64,000 nucleotides of DNA from Candidatus Omnitrophota bacterium (GCA_030650425.1 JAUSED010000005.1:14932-78931); one strand, 5' to 3'; positions 1-15,200 are shown, counted from the stretch's first letter. Notes: generated by a model from the letters alone, not told the origin. Made by a program: numbers and translations.

Positions 1-210
1 GGTGTCGGGACAGCTCTATTTGATGAGTTCAAAAATAGGGCATTTGATGAAACCCGATGGAATGTAGAGCGTATCACAAGCAGTGAAATTTTTGAGAACG
101 GAGCGGCCCTTAAATTTTGGACAAAGAAGGTTGGGCCGGAGAATATTGAGAAAGAACATCTGTCTATCAATGGTAAAGAGGTCATTGTCCACTACGTAAA
201 TTATTTTAAA
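1..210 (+). other. Domain: C-terminal part of a GNAT acetyltransferase
   Basis: GVGTALFDEFKNRAF...NGAALKFWTKKVG resembles GNAT motif A/B; ends at ASSP. Confidence 0.6.
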
Positions 211-3200
211 GATTCAAAAGGCGCCGCCTCCAGCCCCGCCGCAGCATTTACTTTTGGCGCGGTGATAAAGATGGAAGGTTCTATTCTGCGTGTGTCGACG
301 TCTTCGCCGACCTTGGTCTTACCCATACATCATGAAACCCATCAGTGGAATCAATACTTTGACATCTTAAGCGGTGATGAGGGGATCGCCGTTATCAAAG
401 AAATATTGGATCAAGATACAAAAGCCTATATAGGTTTTGGTGATATGGTTGGAGTCCGCGTGATGAATAAGGCCCATAGCGAATCTTTTATTAATGCCCT
501 TATCCCTTATTCTGTCCGTATCGTTAATAACGTTATGGTGAAGTATGGCGGCCGCGCGATCCGTATTGGAGGCGATGAAATCGGGATTATTCTGCCTTCT
601 GTATGGAAGCATAAAGAGGCGGAAGCTATCCGGTTGGAGGCACAGCAGGAAGTCGGGAATTCCATCTTGGGCAAATTCGGATTCGTAAAAGTTAAATTTA
701 CAAATATCCCGAAGAAGGAACAGGCTAGAGTCTTGGAGTTGGCGCGGCTGGAATTGGGCAGTAAAGAGAACTTTTTGGCCGGCTTATATCTGGACCATGA
801 TGGCATCCTTATTGTTTATGACAGGTTCGGCACGACTCTTGAGAAAGGCCTTGAAGATAATCTGATTCTTTTGGGCGCCCGGTTGGCCGCTGAAGGTATC
901 GGGGGTTCTGTAAAAAGCATTGGTAAGCCGGTTGAATTAGCCAGCCCGCGTGTGCTGTTTGGCGTAGTGAGAGCGCCTGTGTTGGAAAATGTGCACGCAT
1001 CCTACGGCGCTGCCATTAGCTACGCTGAGCGTATTTTAAATCTTGCCAAAAAAAGAAATATCCCGGGCGCATTAAGAGCACGGTTTTATAAAATCTTAAA
1101 GACTTCCACGCTGCCGCCTATTTCAGAAGAAGAGAAAGCCGCGATTATCGCGGATTTTCCGGAAGTTAAGCTTTATCCGGATCAAATTGAAGCGTATTAT
1201 CCGGTCTTTAACCGTAAGGCGCTGGTTAACATTGTCGGCCAGGCGTTTCAGTTCAGTGGAGCGCAGCTGGTCAAGATAGAGTCTAAATATATGCCAAGAA
1301 ACGGTTTCGCGGCCCGTGTGCAGCGAGCGATTTACCGGGGAAGGGTTACAGTTGATGCACTAAGGGGTGACGGTAAAGGCTGGTTTGGATTCAAAGTAAT
1401 CAATGACTTTAAGAATCACCAAACTGCCAACCAAGTTATTCTCTCAAATGCCCAAGCCATTAATAAGGTATTGAGAGATCAAAATATCGCAGGCGTCTTA
1501 GTGGTCAGGGCACCGCCGGATAGCTTCTATTTGGTTGTCCCCGGTACCAAGATGTCCATTTTTACTCCGCAAGAACTTGTGGCTCTGACAGACGCCATCG
1601 AAAAAGAAATGAATAATTCCAAACCGCTCCAAACTATTCAGGCCAGTGTGCGGCTGACGGTTAATTCTGTTTCCAGTGAGGATGAAGGTAAAGGCATTCA
1701 TCCTCTCATTTCAAAAGTGGATAATCTAGCTAAGGTAACAATGAGTATCCCGTTCTTGGCCACAAAGGGTGGCAATGAAGTCAAGATATTCAAGCGTGAA
1801 TTTAATAGAGGGTTTGAAAGAGAGCTTGGTAAGTCAAGGAGCGTCGAACGTAAGAAATTCCAGAGTATCTTAGGAGTTACAGCTTTGTCTTCCACCAGCT
1901 CTCCTGTGGGTTTTAGCCCGTATGCATTCGAAGTTAAAATTTCCAAAGATAGCCGTGACTTGCTAGATAAAGCTTTGGCAGAAAAACTATTAAAATTACA
2001 GTTTGAGATCGTTAAGACACCTGTAGCAGAAGACGTGCGCACCACGGTGGCCGCCTTCAAAGGTGTTGGTTCGGACGGTAAGGATGTTCTGGGATTGGCA
2101 CGTAGCGTACAGAATGCCGGCAGCTTAAGTGCTTCTGCTGATGCCGGTTATAGCCTGATTGAGATTATTGACCGATTATTGGCTGACGGCGTGCAGGATA
2201 TTAAGCTTGTGCTCATCTATTATCCGTCAACGGCCAGCACATACGTACCGTCCATGAAATACTTGAATAATGGGCTTCCTAGAGAGGCAGCTTTCCAAAC
2301 TGTGATTACGCCGGATAGTAAACTTGGGAAACAGGAAGCGCTCAAAGAGCTGAAGGATGTCGTTGTTAAGGTAACCAAGCACGGAACAATAATCAATGCC
2401 ACTAATATGAATGGCAATAAAACCACGGTCAATATTGCCTGGGCCAAGGGATCCTCTTCGCCGTTCACTTCCAGCCCCGCAGCCGCAAACCAGCTTAAGA
2501 TTCTGCTTGTAGATGATGAAAGTAGTTTACGCGAGTTAACGCGTATGTTTTTAGAAATGAACGAGAATAAAGTTGATGAAGCAGTAGATGGCCAAGAGGC
2601 GCTAGAAAAGTTAGGCAGCACTAAATACGATTTAATTCTTACTGACTTAGATATGCCTAGAATGGGTGGCCTGGACTTGGCGCTTGCGGTCAGTCAATTC
2701 AGCAGAGGTGAATTAAATGCAAATACTCCTGTCATTATGACAAGCGGCAGAGGAATTAAGGCGGATATTATTTATTATATTGAAAATGAACTATCTGGCG
2801 CAGCCGATAAACTAAAAGTAGTGGAAAAAATAGCAGGATTCTTGAGTAAGCCATACATGAATAAGGAACTTATAAAGATGGTGGATAAAGTTATCTCGGC
2901 CAAGGAAAATTCTTCTTCTGAGGATAGCGGCTCTAGCCCCGCTTCCACAAAGCTTGTTAGTATTAGCAAAATAGCCAAAGATTCATGGGCAAGATTTACT
3001 AAGGAAAAAAGAATACTTTTCTGGAGAGTATTTGCTATTTCTTTGGACACGATAAAATTTGGAGTAATCGATGGCGACTGGATTAAAGAATTGGATGCGC
3101 AAATTTCTCAGGAAGCCAAAAATTATGGAGTCTCAAAAATAGATCTGCAAGAAGCGTTAGCTAAAATGGCTAAGCAGGAATTTGGCGATAGGGAGGGTTT

Positions 3201-6200
3201 AATCTTCAGTAGAGGCTCTTCACCGGTAGTGAATCAACAAACAACGGAGTGGGAAACAATAAGAGCTGTCTTGTTAGCGGCAATTTCTACCCTCTTAGAC
3301 TTGACCGGCATTCTGTACGATATCCTTGGAGCTTGGGAATATTTGACGATTATTCCTTTGTCAGTATGGTTGGGCAGGAAATTTATGCAAATAACAAAGC
3401 CTTATATGCTCGATAATAGATTACGGAATAGGATGTATGAGGCATTCCCTCTAAATCGGCCGAGTATAAAAACATCTCAAGAGAATATTCCAAAGCACGC
3501 CTCAAGCCTGGCCGGCTCCAGTCCGATTAATAAAAAACAGAAGAGTCAGATTAGAGAATTTATAAATTCTACTATACAAAACTTCGGCTTTGTTAGAATT
3601 AACGAAATAAAGGTTTATACTAAACATATGTTAGGAGCAGAGATAACGCAAGGAGAGGCTGAAAAGTTGTTCATAGAGGCTGGTTTAACGGAGAAAGAAG
3701 GGTTTTGGAAGTTTACCTCTAGTCCGGCTCAGGGGCTTGATAAAAAGATTATAATTCAAGAAGAGGACAAGGATAAGATTGGGTTAAGAGATGCGGAGGC
3801 GATCAAGAAAAGCCTAGTAAAGGGTATCGTAGAGAATGGAAATGTGCCAATGGTTATTGAGGCTATCCGGTCTATTTATGGAAAACTTATTAAAGAGACG
3901 GAGATTAAACAAATCGAAGTTCGATTATTTAATGACGATGGCAGCCATAAAAGAGTCTTTTTAGTTAAGGTTATTGGCGCGCAAGACGCGCGTTGGGAGT
4001 TTATACTTAAAGTCTTCAGGCCGCAGCCCGATGAATCGAGCGGCAGGCATATCCTGACGCCAGACGATATCAAACGCTCTAGAAAATCAGCTTATATCTT
4101 AAGCGCGGCCAGCCTTCATCCTAGAATAGGACCGGATATAGAAGTAAAACTTGATTCAGGAGAAATAGTCTCGGTTTATTCAGAGGCACGTGCCGAGGGA
4201 GACACGTTAGCTCAATTACGCCAACGTCTCGCGCTTGATTTCGCGAATGGAATACTTTCCCAAGAAAGATATTTAGCGGCATTGGATAAATTAGAGCGGA
4301 CCGTAGTGATGGGTGTTATACGAATGTGGTTAGTCTTAGGCAATCGCTATATTACAGATCCCAAGCCGGAAAATATTATCATTACAGGGAGTTTTGAAGA
4401 CGGTTATCAAATATTCTTTATTGATCTGGATTACGTAACAAAAGATGAGGTAAGCTTGGCTGAGGTGTTGGATACCTTGCGCAAGTTCTATGGGAAAAGA
4501 GAAGGGAAATGGACCAACAATATTATATATGCCTTAATTGATATGTATGGACACCAAGATGCGAAGGAAGCTTTGGAAGATGTTCTAAATAAGCAAATCC
4601 CAGATTTAGACAAAGAGTTGCGCAGGCAAGATGGCATTAGAGAAGAAGATTTTCCGGCGGGGGCTTTCACATATTTTGTTGAGTTAAAAGAAATGCTTTC
4701 AGGGTATAAGGAAGTCTTAAAAACTTATCAACGCATGGATGCTCATCGTAATTCAAGCCCGATAAATAAAAATATTAGATATTTTGGCGCAATAGTTGCA
4801 GGATTAACAACTTCTTCACCGATGGCCAAAAATATTCCGTTGACTCGCAGAGGCTTTATTAAGCTTACTGCTTTTCTTGTTGGCTTAGGTGTCTTGGATA
4901 CTCAAGAAGCGCTTTCTGTCGTCTCTAAGTTATCTACTCAAGAGTTATCTTCATATGTGGAATTCTTCTTAAATCAGGGAGGGTTCCAAAACTTTATTCC
5001 TTCGCATTATCCTTCCACAAAAGAAAACAAATCTAATCCTGATTATGCTTACCGTTATTATGCCGCCTACAGCTATGATATGGCCATATACGCGATTGTT
5101 TTAAAGATGCTTGGGTTTAGCTCTCAAGCAGAGAAAATCTTAGGGCCTTATAGTCAGATTCTTAATAAGGATATTTATCAGTCGCAGCCTAATTATGGAC
5201 CGGTAGGGGGTATTTTCCGTTCTATAAGGGTCTTGGAAAGAGAAGGAGAATGGTGGAAGAAGTGGGACTGGGGAGTAGAAGTAGGCCCGATGGCTTGGTT
5301 AGGTATTACTTCGCTAATCGTAAATCCTTCTCAGTTTAAGAATCTTGCGGTATATATCGCTGATTGGATTACAAAGCTTCAAGACAAAGATGGTGGTTTT
5401 AGAATGGGGCCTCGCGGCCAGTACCATCCTGAGGGCCCAGAGTTTTACTATAATACTAAATCTACAGAGAATAATGAGAGCGCTATTGCCTTCTTAGATT
5501 TACTTTATAGTTCCACAAAAGAATCAAAATACAGGGAAGCCAGTGACCGGGCATTTACCTGGATTATGAAAATGTACGATAAAGAGGCGGGGGTATTCTT
5601 TAGAGGCTCCCGTTTTGTTAATGATAAATGGGTGTCTGACGCCCATAATGATTTCGCGTCAGATACATCCAGCTGGGCTCCGTTTGAGAGATTGAAAGGA
5701 AAAGTCGGCTTACAAGGCATTGAAAGAATGCTTACTGAGACTTTAAAATTAACAGGTGTTTATGAAAATAATAAACTTTTAGGTGTAAGCTTCTCAATTT
5801 CGTCTAAGCCGGCAATTTCCATTGAGTGGTCATCTCAGTTTGCGTTAAGGGCCTTAAGGTTAGCCAATGAAACAAAGAATGAGCATTGGATTAATGTTTA
5901 TAACGACATTTCGCAGGCCCTTTCCAAATACTTTATAGATGTAAAGACATCTAATCTGGTTCCCGCGGAATACAAAAAGTATAAAGGCCAAGTTGCCCCG
6001 TACGCGGTCAATACGCAAGGCGAGCCAATGAGCCTTCCTACAGGGCACGGAGCGGTTACTCCTTTAAGCCTTGCTTCTTTAGCCTCTCTATATTATGTTT
6101 TCGCGGCAGCAAGATTCGATCCTTTAGAGAATATCAAAGTGAGTTCTTCGGTACTGCGGAACCCGCAGAATGAAATTTTCTTAAAATATGCTTCTTCAGC

Positions 6201-9200
6201 CGGTTTAAACCGTGATGGGCCTATTGGATTAGCCTCTAGCCCCGTAAAATCTTTTAGTTCTTTAGTTACCTCCGTTTATAAATTCTTCAAAAATACTTTT
6301 ATACAAAACCCGCTTTACTCGTTTGTTGTGATAGCAACATTTGTCGTAAATATCTACGTTGCCAAACTACTTTCAGAGAATATAGTTGCGCTTCCATTTG
6401 TTGTCTTATCCGTTTTATTAACATTGCAGAGTTATTCTATGATTAGTTTCGGTATCGCAGCCCTATTTGTTAAAGGCGCAAGGCCCCTAGCTCAGTTAGA
6501 ACAAAATGATTTGCCTCAAGTTACGGTTCAGATCCCAACGCGCAATGAACCGTTTGAAGTCGTAAGGATGACCATTGAGTCGGCAATGTCTTTAGATTAC
6601 CCAAGGAACCGGCTTGAAATTCAAGTGATCGATAATTCTGATTTATACATAAAAGACGCGGCAGGGGAGTTACGGCCTAACGGAAATTATTTGAGAATTA
6701 AAGAGTTCGCGAAGAACAATGCTAATAAAGGATTAATTTTTATTCACCGCGATGGGACGCAGGGGTATAAAGCCGGTAATCTTAACTTGGGCATGAAAAC
6801 AGCCGCTGGTGAATATTTCTTAATTTTAGACGTAGATTCAACGGTAGCTAAAGATACCCTTTTAAGCGCGCTCCCCGAATTTAAACATAACCACAGCCTT
6901 GGATTTGTGCAATTTGCTATGGAACCTACAAACACAGAAAATAATTCTTTAACAAAAGTGCTGGCGATAGGAGCAAGAATATTACGTTCCCAACAGGCGG
7001 CAAAGACAAAATACGGGTTTACCCTTTTCTATGGCCATAACGGTATTTGGCGAAAGAGCGCGCTTGATAAGATCGGCGGGTGGCAGGCTACTGTTTCTGA
7101 AGATACTGATACAGCGATTGAGGCGCGCTTGGCAGGTTTTTATGGAAAATATCTGCCTTATGTAATCAGCGGAGAATGGTCTCCTACGAGCTTTGCGGAG
7201 GTACAGAAACGAACGCGAAAATTTGCATTTGGGACAACACAGTTATTCTTTCAGAAAGTTATAAGAATTTTAGCCTCAAAAGCGTTGCATTGGTATGAAA
7301 AAATAGATATCCTGTTACATTTATTGAAATATCCTCTTAGCGCGACTATCTTACTTTTAGTTTTCTTGCCGTTCTTTATTCCTTCGCAAACACCATTAAT
7401 ACTGGGGATTTTTATGATGTATATAGCTCCATTAACTCCTATTTGGCTTCTACTGGTCAAAGATTTAATAAAAAGTGATTATAGAAATGCTTTTGAGACG
7501 TTGCGGAGAATTCCTGCCATGACATCAATATTTAACGCAACGATTCCTGCTATCGCAATAGGAACTATATTTGCGTTGGTTGGCAAGCAGGAAGGATTTA
7601 AAATAACCTTTAAGGGAAAACTAACGAACCCTTTATTAGCCCAGGTTATTAAAATAAACGCATTCGGTATAATAACCGGTTCAGTTTATTTCGTTATTTT
7701 ATGGATATTTTCGCCTTTGCAGAACAATATTGCGTACTTACCGGCTATGACGATGGCTGCTGTTCTTATAGGGCCTTTTAGGCATAGTTTTGCCAGGGTG
7801 GCGCAGAAACAGCCCGATGTAGGCCTGCCGAATATACTTGATTTACTTGAAGAAGGGCTTATTCATACTCCTAAGTCTTATGGTTCTGTAAACACAAAAA
7901 ATACCAGAATTAATAATAAGTGGGCGAGCATCGGGTTTGATTTGACGCGGCCTGTTGATGTAACTCATTATGACTATTTAATTGTAAGGGTAAAGGGCGC
8001 GCAGGGTGGAGAACGCATTCAGGTGAATTTGCGCGATAATCTTTGGGAAGACTATGATACCCCGCAGGCAAAGAGTAATATCGTTCCTGATGCCGGATTG
8101 TTGAGAGAAAATTGGCAGGACGTAAGCATTGATTTAAGCGCGCTCCTCAATAGGGAACGCATAGACCTAAGCCATTTATCGCATTTGGCTATTGAAATCG
8201 GCCAAGACACTGTTGGTAACCTGTCCGGAACAGAGATTGAAATTGAGCGGATTTATTTTGTTAGCTCGCCTGTATCGCCACATCAAAGCGTTTCTTGGTC
8301 GCCAGCAGTTATAGAAAGCAATCTTAGGGAACTTACAGGCCTGATTAATAGGATTATTGCGTTAGCAAGGAATCCGAATGTGAATAATAAAAAGATAGAA
8401 GGATACGCAAAAGACGCCACGATCATAGCCCGAGAATTAAGGAATAATGAGGCAAATGAAAGCGCGTATGCTCGTGAATACAGGGAGCAGGAAAAGAGAT
8501 TAATCAATGTGCGGAATTCAATATATTATAAGAAGAATGATGGCGGAAGGAATATTGTCGGCAATAAAATAAGGCGTAATTACGAGCGTAAATTGATGTT
8601 CGGTTTCCTTTTAACCAGAAATGAAGTTAAGGACTTAAGAGCGCTCTGGAGAGAATTCGATGTCCAATGTCTCTATGGTTATAATTTCGAGAGTAAAAAA
8701 CTACTTACTCTGAAAACATTGGCCAAGGCTTACAATAGAGTAGGGGATATTGGTCTATTAAGGCCTATTTTGGATCAAGTAATTTCTTATCTTCCAACAT
8801 ACCTTAGGCCGTCAAGAAGGATAGCTTATATATCTTTAGAGAGGGCCTTAAAAGCATATGAAATGTCTTTATATGATCTAGAAGCGGTTTTGGAAGACTT
8901 TGAAGAAAAAACAAATGGATTTTTTACCGCAAAGAGGGCCTACACAACCTATTTACAGCCAAAAGCAGAGGAATTATACGCTACGGAGCAGCTTTGGGAA
9001 GATTTTGAAGAGGGATCAAATAAATTCTTTGACTTCGGGGATTATTATAGTTTTTATCATCTCTGGCGTAAAGAAGCATATTATAACGCAAATAGGGCTA
9101 GGAGAGGAAAGCGGGGAACGACGAAGAAATTCGATGATTCCAAACTAACCGCAAGGCCGATGGAAGCCACGTTGAGGCTCGCGAATGATCTTACAAGATA

Positions 9201-12200
9201 CAAACTACGTGAGGAAGGCAGGTTCGATGAATTATTTAAAGATAACGAAGGACATTCCGGTTCGCCTATAGAGAATACCGCAAGAGTGCCACAGAAAACC
9301 TTCGGCGCGGTGGTCAAATGGTTCGGGGAGGCAGCCTCCAGCCCAGTTGCTCCAAGGCCGTCATTACGAACGAGCGCGGCGAATGAAGCAATCTTGCTTT
9401 TAGGGATTGCTTTGTCGTCCGCCATAGAGCTTAGGCGGATTCCTCGCAATGACACAGGTGTTAATGCTAACAGCAAGCTTTACACGCAATTTGCCGCCTC
9501 ATCCGGCATAACGCGCGCCGGGCCGGCAAAATTATTAGCAGTTTCATTAGCCTCTTTATTTATCGCGGGCGCAGCCTTATATTTAGGTTATTTGCTACAG
9601 GCCTTTATCTCATTTAATATAGGCTATTTATCTGTTATTCTGATTACCCCATTTATATATATCGGGGTATTGTTTATCTCCGCGTTCATTCGCATTAAAT
9701 TAAGCAGCTACATTAGATTATCGAGGTTGCCTGATGTCTTACAAAATAATCTGCTTATCTATGAGAAAACGTATCTTGAAGGTAAAGGCGAATTCAGCGC
9801 ATATTGGGCGCAGATTAAAGATTTATTCTCTTCCAGGCCTTTTATAAGCCTTATTGGCATAGCTGGTAGTATCGGAATACTCCAATTATTATCCACAGCC
9901 ATTGCTTATACCATTCCCGCAGGGTTAATAACTGGGCCGTTATTGACAGCGGTCATCTTCGGCATACCCATTCTAGTTGCCCTCATTCCTTTACTAAAAG
10001 CATTGCTTTTAATTTTACCCGGTGGCGAGAAAGAAGAGCCGCTTGCGTATTTAAAATATTTAGGCTTTCATATCGCAGGGGTAGTTTTAGGAAGTATGCT
10101 CTTTTGGAAGGGGTTAGTTGTTATTTTACCTTTCCTGAAGTCTCCGATTTTAGCTTTTAGCCTGTTTGGCCTTTCTTTAGCCGGCTTAGCCCTGAATCGC
10201 TACTTACTCAAACGGCCGGGATTAGGCCTGGCCAGCGCTATTCTAGGTGTTTTAGGTTTAGGCTTAAGCAGTGACCCACTGGTAAAATATTTAACTTTCC
10301 TTACGCCCTATATCTTTGAAGATCTAATTTCTTATTTCATTGTGGCGACATATTTCTCCGTAGGCATAAGCATAGCGATAGTGGCATTAAACGCAATCTT
10401 CCACGATAAAGAAAATAGAAAATTGGCGATAGGGACCAAATTTACTATTCCAATTGCAGCCGTAATTACGATTTTAACTTCTTTACTTATCGGCCTTTAT
10501 TTCCTTAACCCCTCTATGGGGCATATCATCAAGCCGTTTATCGTTGCCGCGGGTTTTGGCGCAATTGCCTTGGTGGGTTATTTAAGGAGCGGTTACCGGA
10601 TAAAGAGCCTGGCAATTTCCTCTTTAAGTAAAAAAGAGCTAACAGCTAAAATTAAGAAAAAGTTGTCCCCGGAAGTATTTGCGGCTATCCCTTTCCATAG
10701 TTACAGCAGATTGCAGCTGCGTTCCATCTACCTATTTATTTTAGAATTAGAAGAAAAGCCGGGAGCTAAAGCGCAGGATACTGATGAACCTAAGGATTTA
10801 ATCAAGCGTTTGATGATGGCCAGGGGCGCTTTTCTCTTTGCCGGTATCTTTGCGGAAGTTATGGATGCGGTTTTGGAAGTGCTGGAGCTTATGGAAAGAG
10901 GCACCAAGTGCCTACCGCCTATTTTAACCATTCCTTATTATATCGCGGCCAGCTTTGCTCTCGTGCCGTATTTTGTGGGTAAGGTAGCAGTAGAATTCTT
11001 TACTTCCCATATACATAGGAATTATGAGCGCCTGGAAAAGCTTAATAACGCGCCTGCGCTTGAGGTCGCCAATTTGCAAGAAGAAATCTTAGCCAGGGCC
11101 AACCAGAAATATACTCTCCTCAGGCATTTAGAGGATGACGCCTCAGCCAGTAATAAAGAACATCCACTCTTATCCGGCTTAGTCAGGATTGCTTGGTCCA
11201 GAATTTTCATTGTTTTGGTCGGCTGGCTCTTTAGCGGCCCGGTTGCCTTGGCGTTAGTTACTCGCTTCCCGTATCTTTTTGCAGGTGAAGCTGATTTCTT
11301 AAGGAGCCTCTGCGATTTATTGCCGGCTTACTTGAGCCAGCATCTAGAGCCTAGCTGGTTTAATCTCTTAAGGGTCTATTTTCTTAATTTGGTGTTATCC
11401 TGGGGCATTGCCAAGAAAATCAGCGAAGATATCAAAGCAAATTTCGCGAGTAACTGGCACTATCTTTGGATTATCCCGTCAGCAATCGTAATTTATGCGC
11501 TTAGCTCTTTAGTCTTTCCGGCAATTGCCGCCGGCTTTGCCCAAGTCCTGCCGCAAGGAATAGCGATTATTCTTGCTATGGCTAGTTATTCGCTCTTGAT
11601 TATCGGAGTCTCTAAGATAGTCAAGAGGAATGCAGATTTTAAAGTCTTGGGGATATTGCACAACAGCTTGAGTTATCAAGTTGGCTTCTGGGTTTCTTTT
11701 GTAGGATTATTGATTATCGGCGTAGAAATCGGCTTAGCTGTTGTCTTGGCGCACATTGTAGAGGGGCCAATAGGCGATATCCTGATAAGCTGGGAAAGCC
11801 ATAATGGCGTAATTAATTTAGGTGATGATGTGGTTGGAGGCTTGGAAAGAGGGGGAGAGCAGGGTATCAAATTCGCCACAGGCAAAGAAGTTGAAATTAA
11901 CACGAGTGGCTGGCTGTATAAATTATTCGGCGGCATAGGCGAGTATCGGCAAGCGCAATGGGCCGCGCAATCAGGTTCATTGGAACTTTATACGGACAGG
12001 AATTTACGTAAGGCTGCCGCAGCTAAAAATAAGAATTTCGAAGCATTATTTGGTGAAGTGTCATTATGGGCCCGCTTCTTGCTGCGCGATAAATCAGTTG
12101 AGGCCGCAGAATTATTAACCAAGGAGATTGTTGGCAGTAAAACAAAGCAAAGTTCTGCTCAGGTAGCGCCAAAGGATCATACAGAAGAAGGTAAACAGCC

Positions 12201-15200
12201 AATAGCAAAAGAAGCAGTAAGAAAAGAGCCCTATATTGTGAAACCGGGGGACAATCTATCCACGATTGCCCAAAAGACATTAGGTAAGGCAGGATTATGG
12301 CCCAAGATTTATGAGCTAAATAAAAAGGTAATCGGGAGTAATCCGAATTTAATCTTTGCCGGACAGAAATTTTCCCTGCCTGAGCAAGAGAAAGCGCTGA
12401 AGAAAGAAGATGCGCGTCCTGTTGTAGGCGGCGCTAAAGAAACTAACGCCAGCCGCGCTCCTCAGGCGCCGGATAACCAAGAGATTAACTCCCTCATTAA
12501 GGAAACCAATAGTTTAGCCTCTCAAGTTAAGAATAAAGAGCCTGATCTTAAGTCTGAGCAACTTTTAAAGAAATATAAGTTAATTGATAATGCGCTTGAG
12601 AAGTTAAGCGATAGAATCCAGAATCTTAAAACCCCTATTCCTGATCCTAAAATTAATATTAGTTTACCGGATTGGTTGGAGCAAGGCATAATTTTTCGGA
12701 CTAAGCTTAACCGGTTACGTCAGAAGGTTATTGAAATAGGGGATAAGCTTGCTGAGATGACTAACCTGATTAAGAACGAGCAGGATGCCAAGAGACAAAA
12801 ATTCATCCAAGAAGCGGCAACTGAAGCAACCTATCTGGAGAATCTGAAGAAATTCCGCAGCCTGTTGCCAGTATCTTATGCCCAAGACCCGGCTGAATAT
12901 GGCAAATCTTATATTTATGACTTAGCGGTGTATATTGATGTGTTAAGTTACTCTGATACCAAAAAAGCAGAAGAGCTCCTGCGTTTATTCACTTTCTTCT
13001 TCGGCAAAGGCAAAGACGGCTTTAGCAATGCTTATAATCTTTCTAATTTAAGCGGCTTCCAGCAGAAAACTACCGGGCCGCTGGCGCACTTGATTATCGC
13101 GATTAGTAATTATGAGGCTAGGAAGCTAGCAGGACAGGAGTCGTATTTAGAGGTAGCCGAGAATATCGCGGATTATTTGTTAAAAGAATTGTATGCCGGC
13201 GATAAAGGAGTCTTTAGGTTTACCAGCGACAAGAAAGACCCGGATAATTATAACTTAGTTTCTACCGAGCATCAGATTTCCGCTTACGCGGCCTTTAACT
13301 GGCTAGTTACGCGGGTCCAAGATGCGGCTAAAAAGGCAAAATACTCGCAAGTAGAATCCGGCTTAATCAAATACTTAGTTGACAGCTATGATAAGGCAGG
13401 TTATTTCTATGCCGGTTATAAATTAGATAAGCATGAATTTGACCAACGGCCGGCTGCGGATTTAGGGCCTTGGGCAATGCTGGCTTTGGGAGAAAAGATT
13501 ACAGCCATTGAGCCTACGCCGAAGAAGATCGTTGAATATGCCAAAGCTAACCTGTTGGTCAAGGTAGATTATTATTCAGCCCGCGAGCAAAAAACTGAAA
13601 TAGAATTGATGCCCTTCGGTAAAGAGTCCAAGGCAGATAAAGTAGGAAGCTTTGAGTGGAGCGCCTTCTGGATTATGGCTGCGCGTATGGCTGGGGATGA
13701 GGATTTGGCAGGCAGGCTGCAAAGTTCACTGCAAAAGGTTAGCGTAAACGGTATTCTGCCTTATGCCTCCAAAGAGGGCCACCCAACAGGATTTAATTGG
13801 AACACGGCTAAGGGTCCGGCTTTGATCTCTACTTCGTGGAATATTTTGGCTGGCGAGGATATCAACATCTTCAATCCGCAGGCGCCGGCTAAAACCATCG
13901 CTGTGGAAAAATTAGAGCAAATTGCCAAGGTTTTTGCCTTCTCCGAAGAAAAATACCGCAAGTTAGGCATTGGTTATAATGTGGATGAAATTCAGCGTTC
14001 CCTTGAAGGAATACAACGCACTGTAAAGCAAATGCAGTTGATGCTTTCTACCACCAAGGACCGGAATACCCAGAGATTGCTGGAGTTTTACTTCAATTTC
14101 TTTACCGCGGATCCGCTCTTTAATACTTTAGGCGCCTTCACTTTTGGTAAGATGGGCGCAGGCATAAGTTTTGGCGGTAAATACGGCTCGCTAATGACTA
14201 TGGCTAACACTATTTACGGCTTAACCAGAAGCCTGAACTTCATTGGTATTGCCACCGCGGTAACTACAGCCGCGGATATCTATTCTATGCCGGGGATGGA
14301 AAAATTGGAAGGCAAGCATGGCGGTATCCTGAAAAGAAAAGGGAATGTTTTTGACGCGGGAGTGCTGGAAGTTGCTCGGCCAGAAGCAGAGCTTAATGCC
14401 ACCTATGATCCTAAAACCGGAGATATTTTGGTTAAAGAAAGCAAAGAGCATTTACTGCAGATTAAGCTGCCGCACAACGTAGCCTCTGATTGGATTAATA
14501 AAATTGTAGAGTATTTTAAAACTAAAATTAAAGGCGACGAAGACAATCAGATTAGCCCGCTGAAAAAATATGACGCGGTAGTCTTTTTCTCCGATATCCA
14601 CAAGGCAGCATATAAAGAAGCGTTCTTTGGCGAAGATAATAATGATAAGTATGTCTATTTTGCCAAGAGGCAGGGTAGATACCAATATATTATCAAGGTT
14701 AATGTGGATGACACCAAAGAGATTAAGGTAATTTCGCAGGCGCTGATGTTTACTGATGAAACCCGGCAGTTCCTGGTTGATGCAAAGTTATGGATGGATG
14801 ACGGAGAGTTGCTTGTTTTGCCTTCAGCCTTACGCTTAAGCTATGCCAAAGATTTTGTCAGGGCAGTAGCCGGGGCTATGAATGCTCAAGAATTTAATGC
14901 CGGAGCGGAAATCGACCCTCTAACCGGCAAGGTATATTTTTATAACGATATCAGCCAGATCAGCGCGATTGTGCGCAACCAGAATGCGGTTCCGTTTAAT
15001 CCTTTCACCGGCAGAGTGGTGATCGCCTCTTTGGATTTATCGGTTTTACGCTGGGCAATGGAGGAGAATAAAACCGGCAAACACAGGTTTACTATTCTCA
15101 ATACCTTTGACGGCGTAGAAATCAAAACCGATGAAAACTTAGCGGTCAAGGAATTAAGCGAGGATAAAAAGATTAAAGTCAAAGGCATTGCCCACACGCT

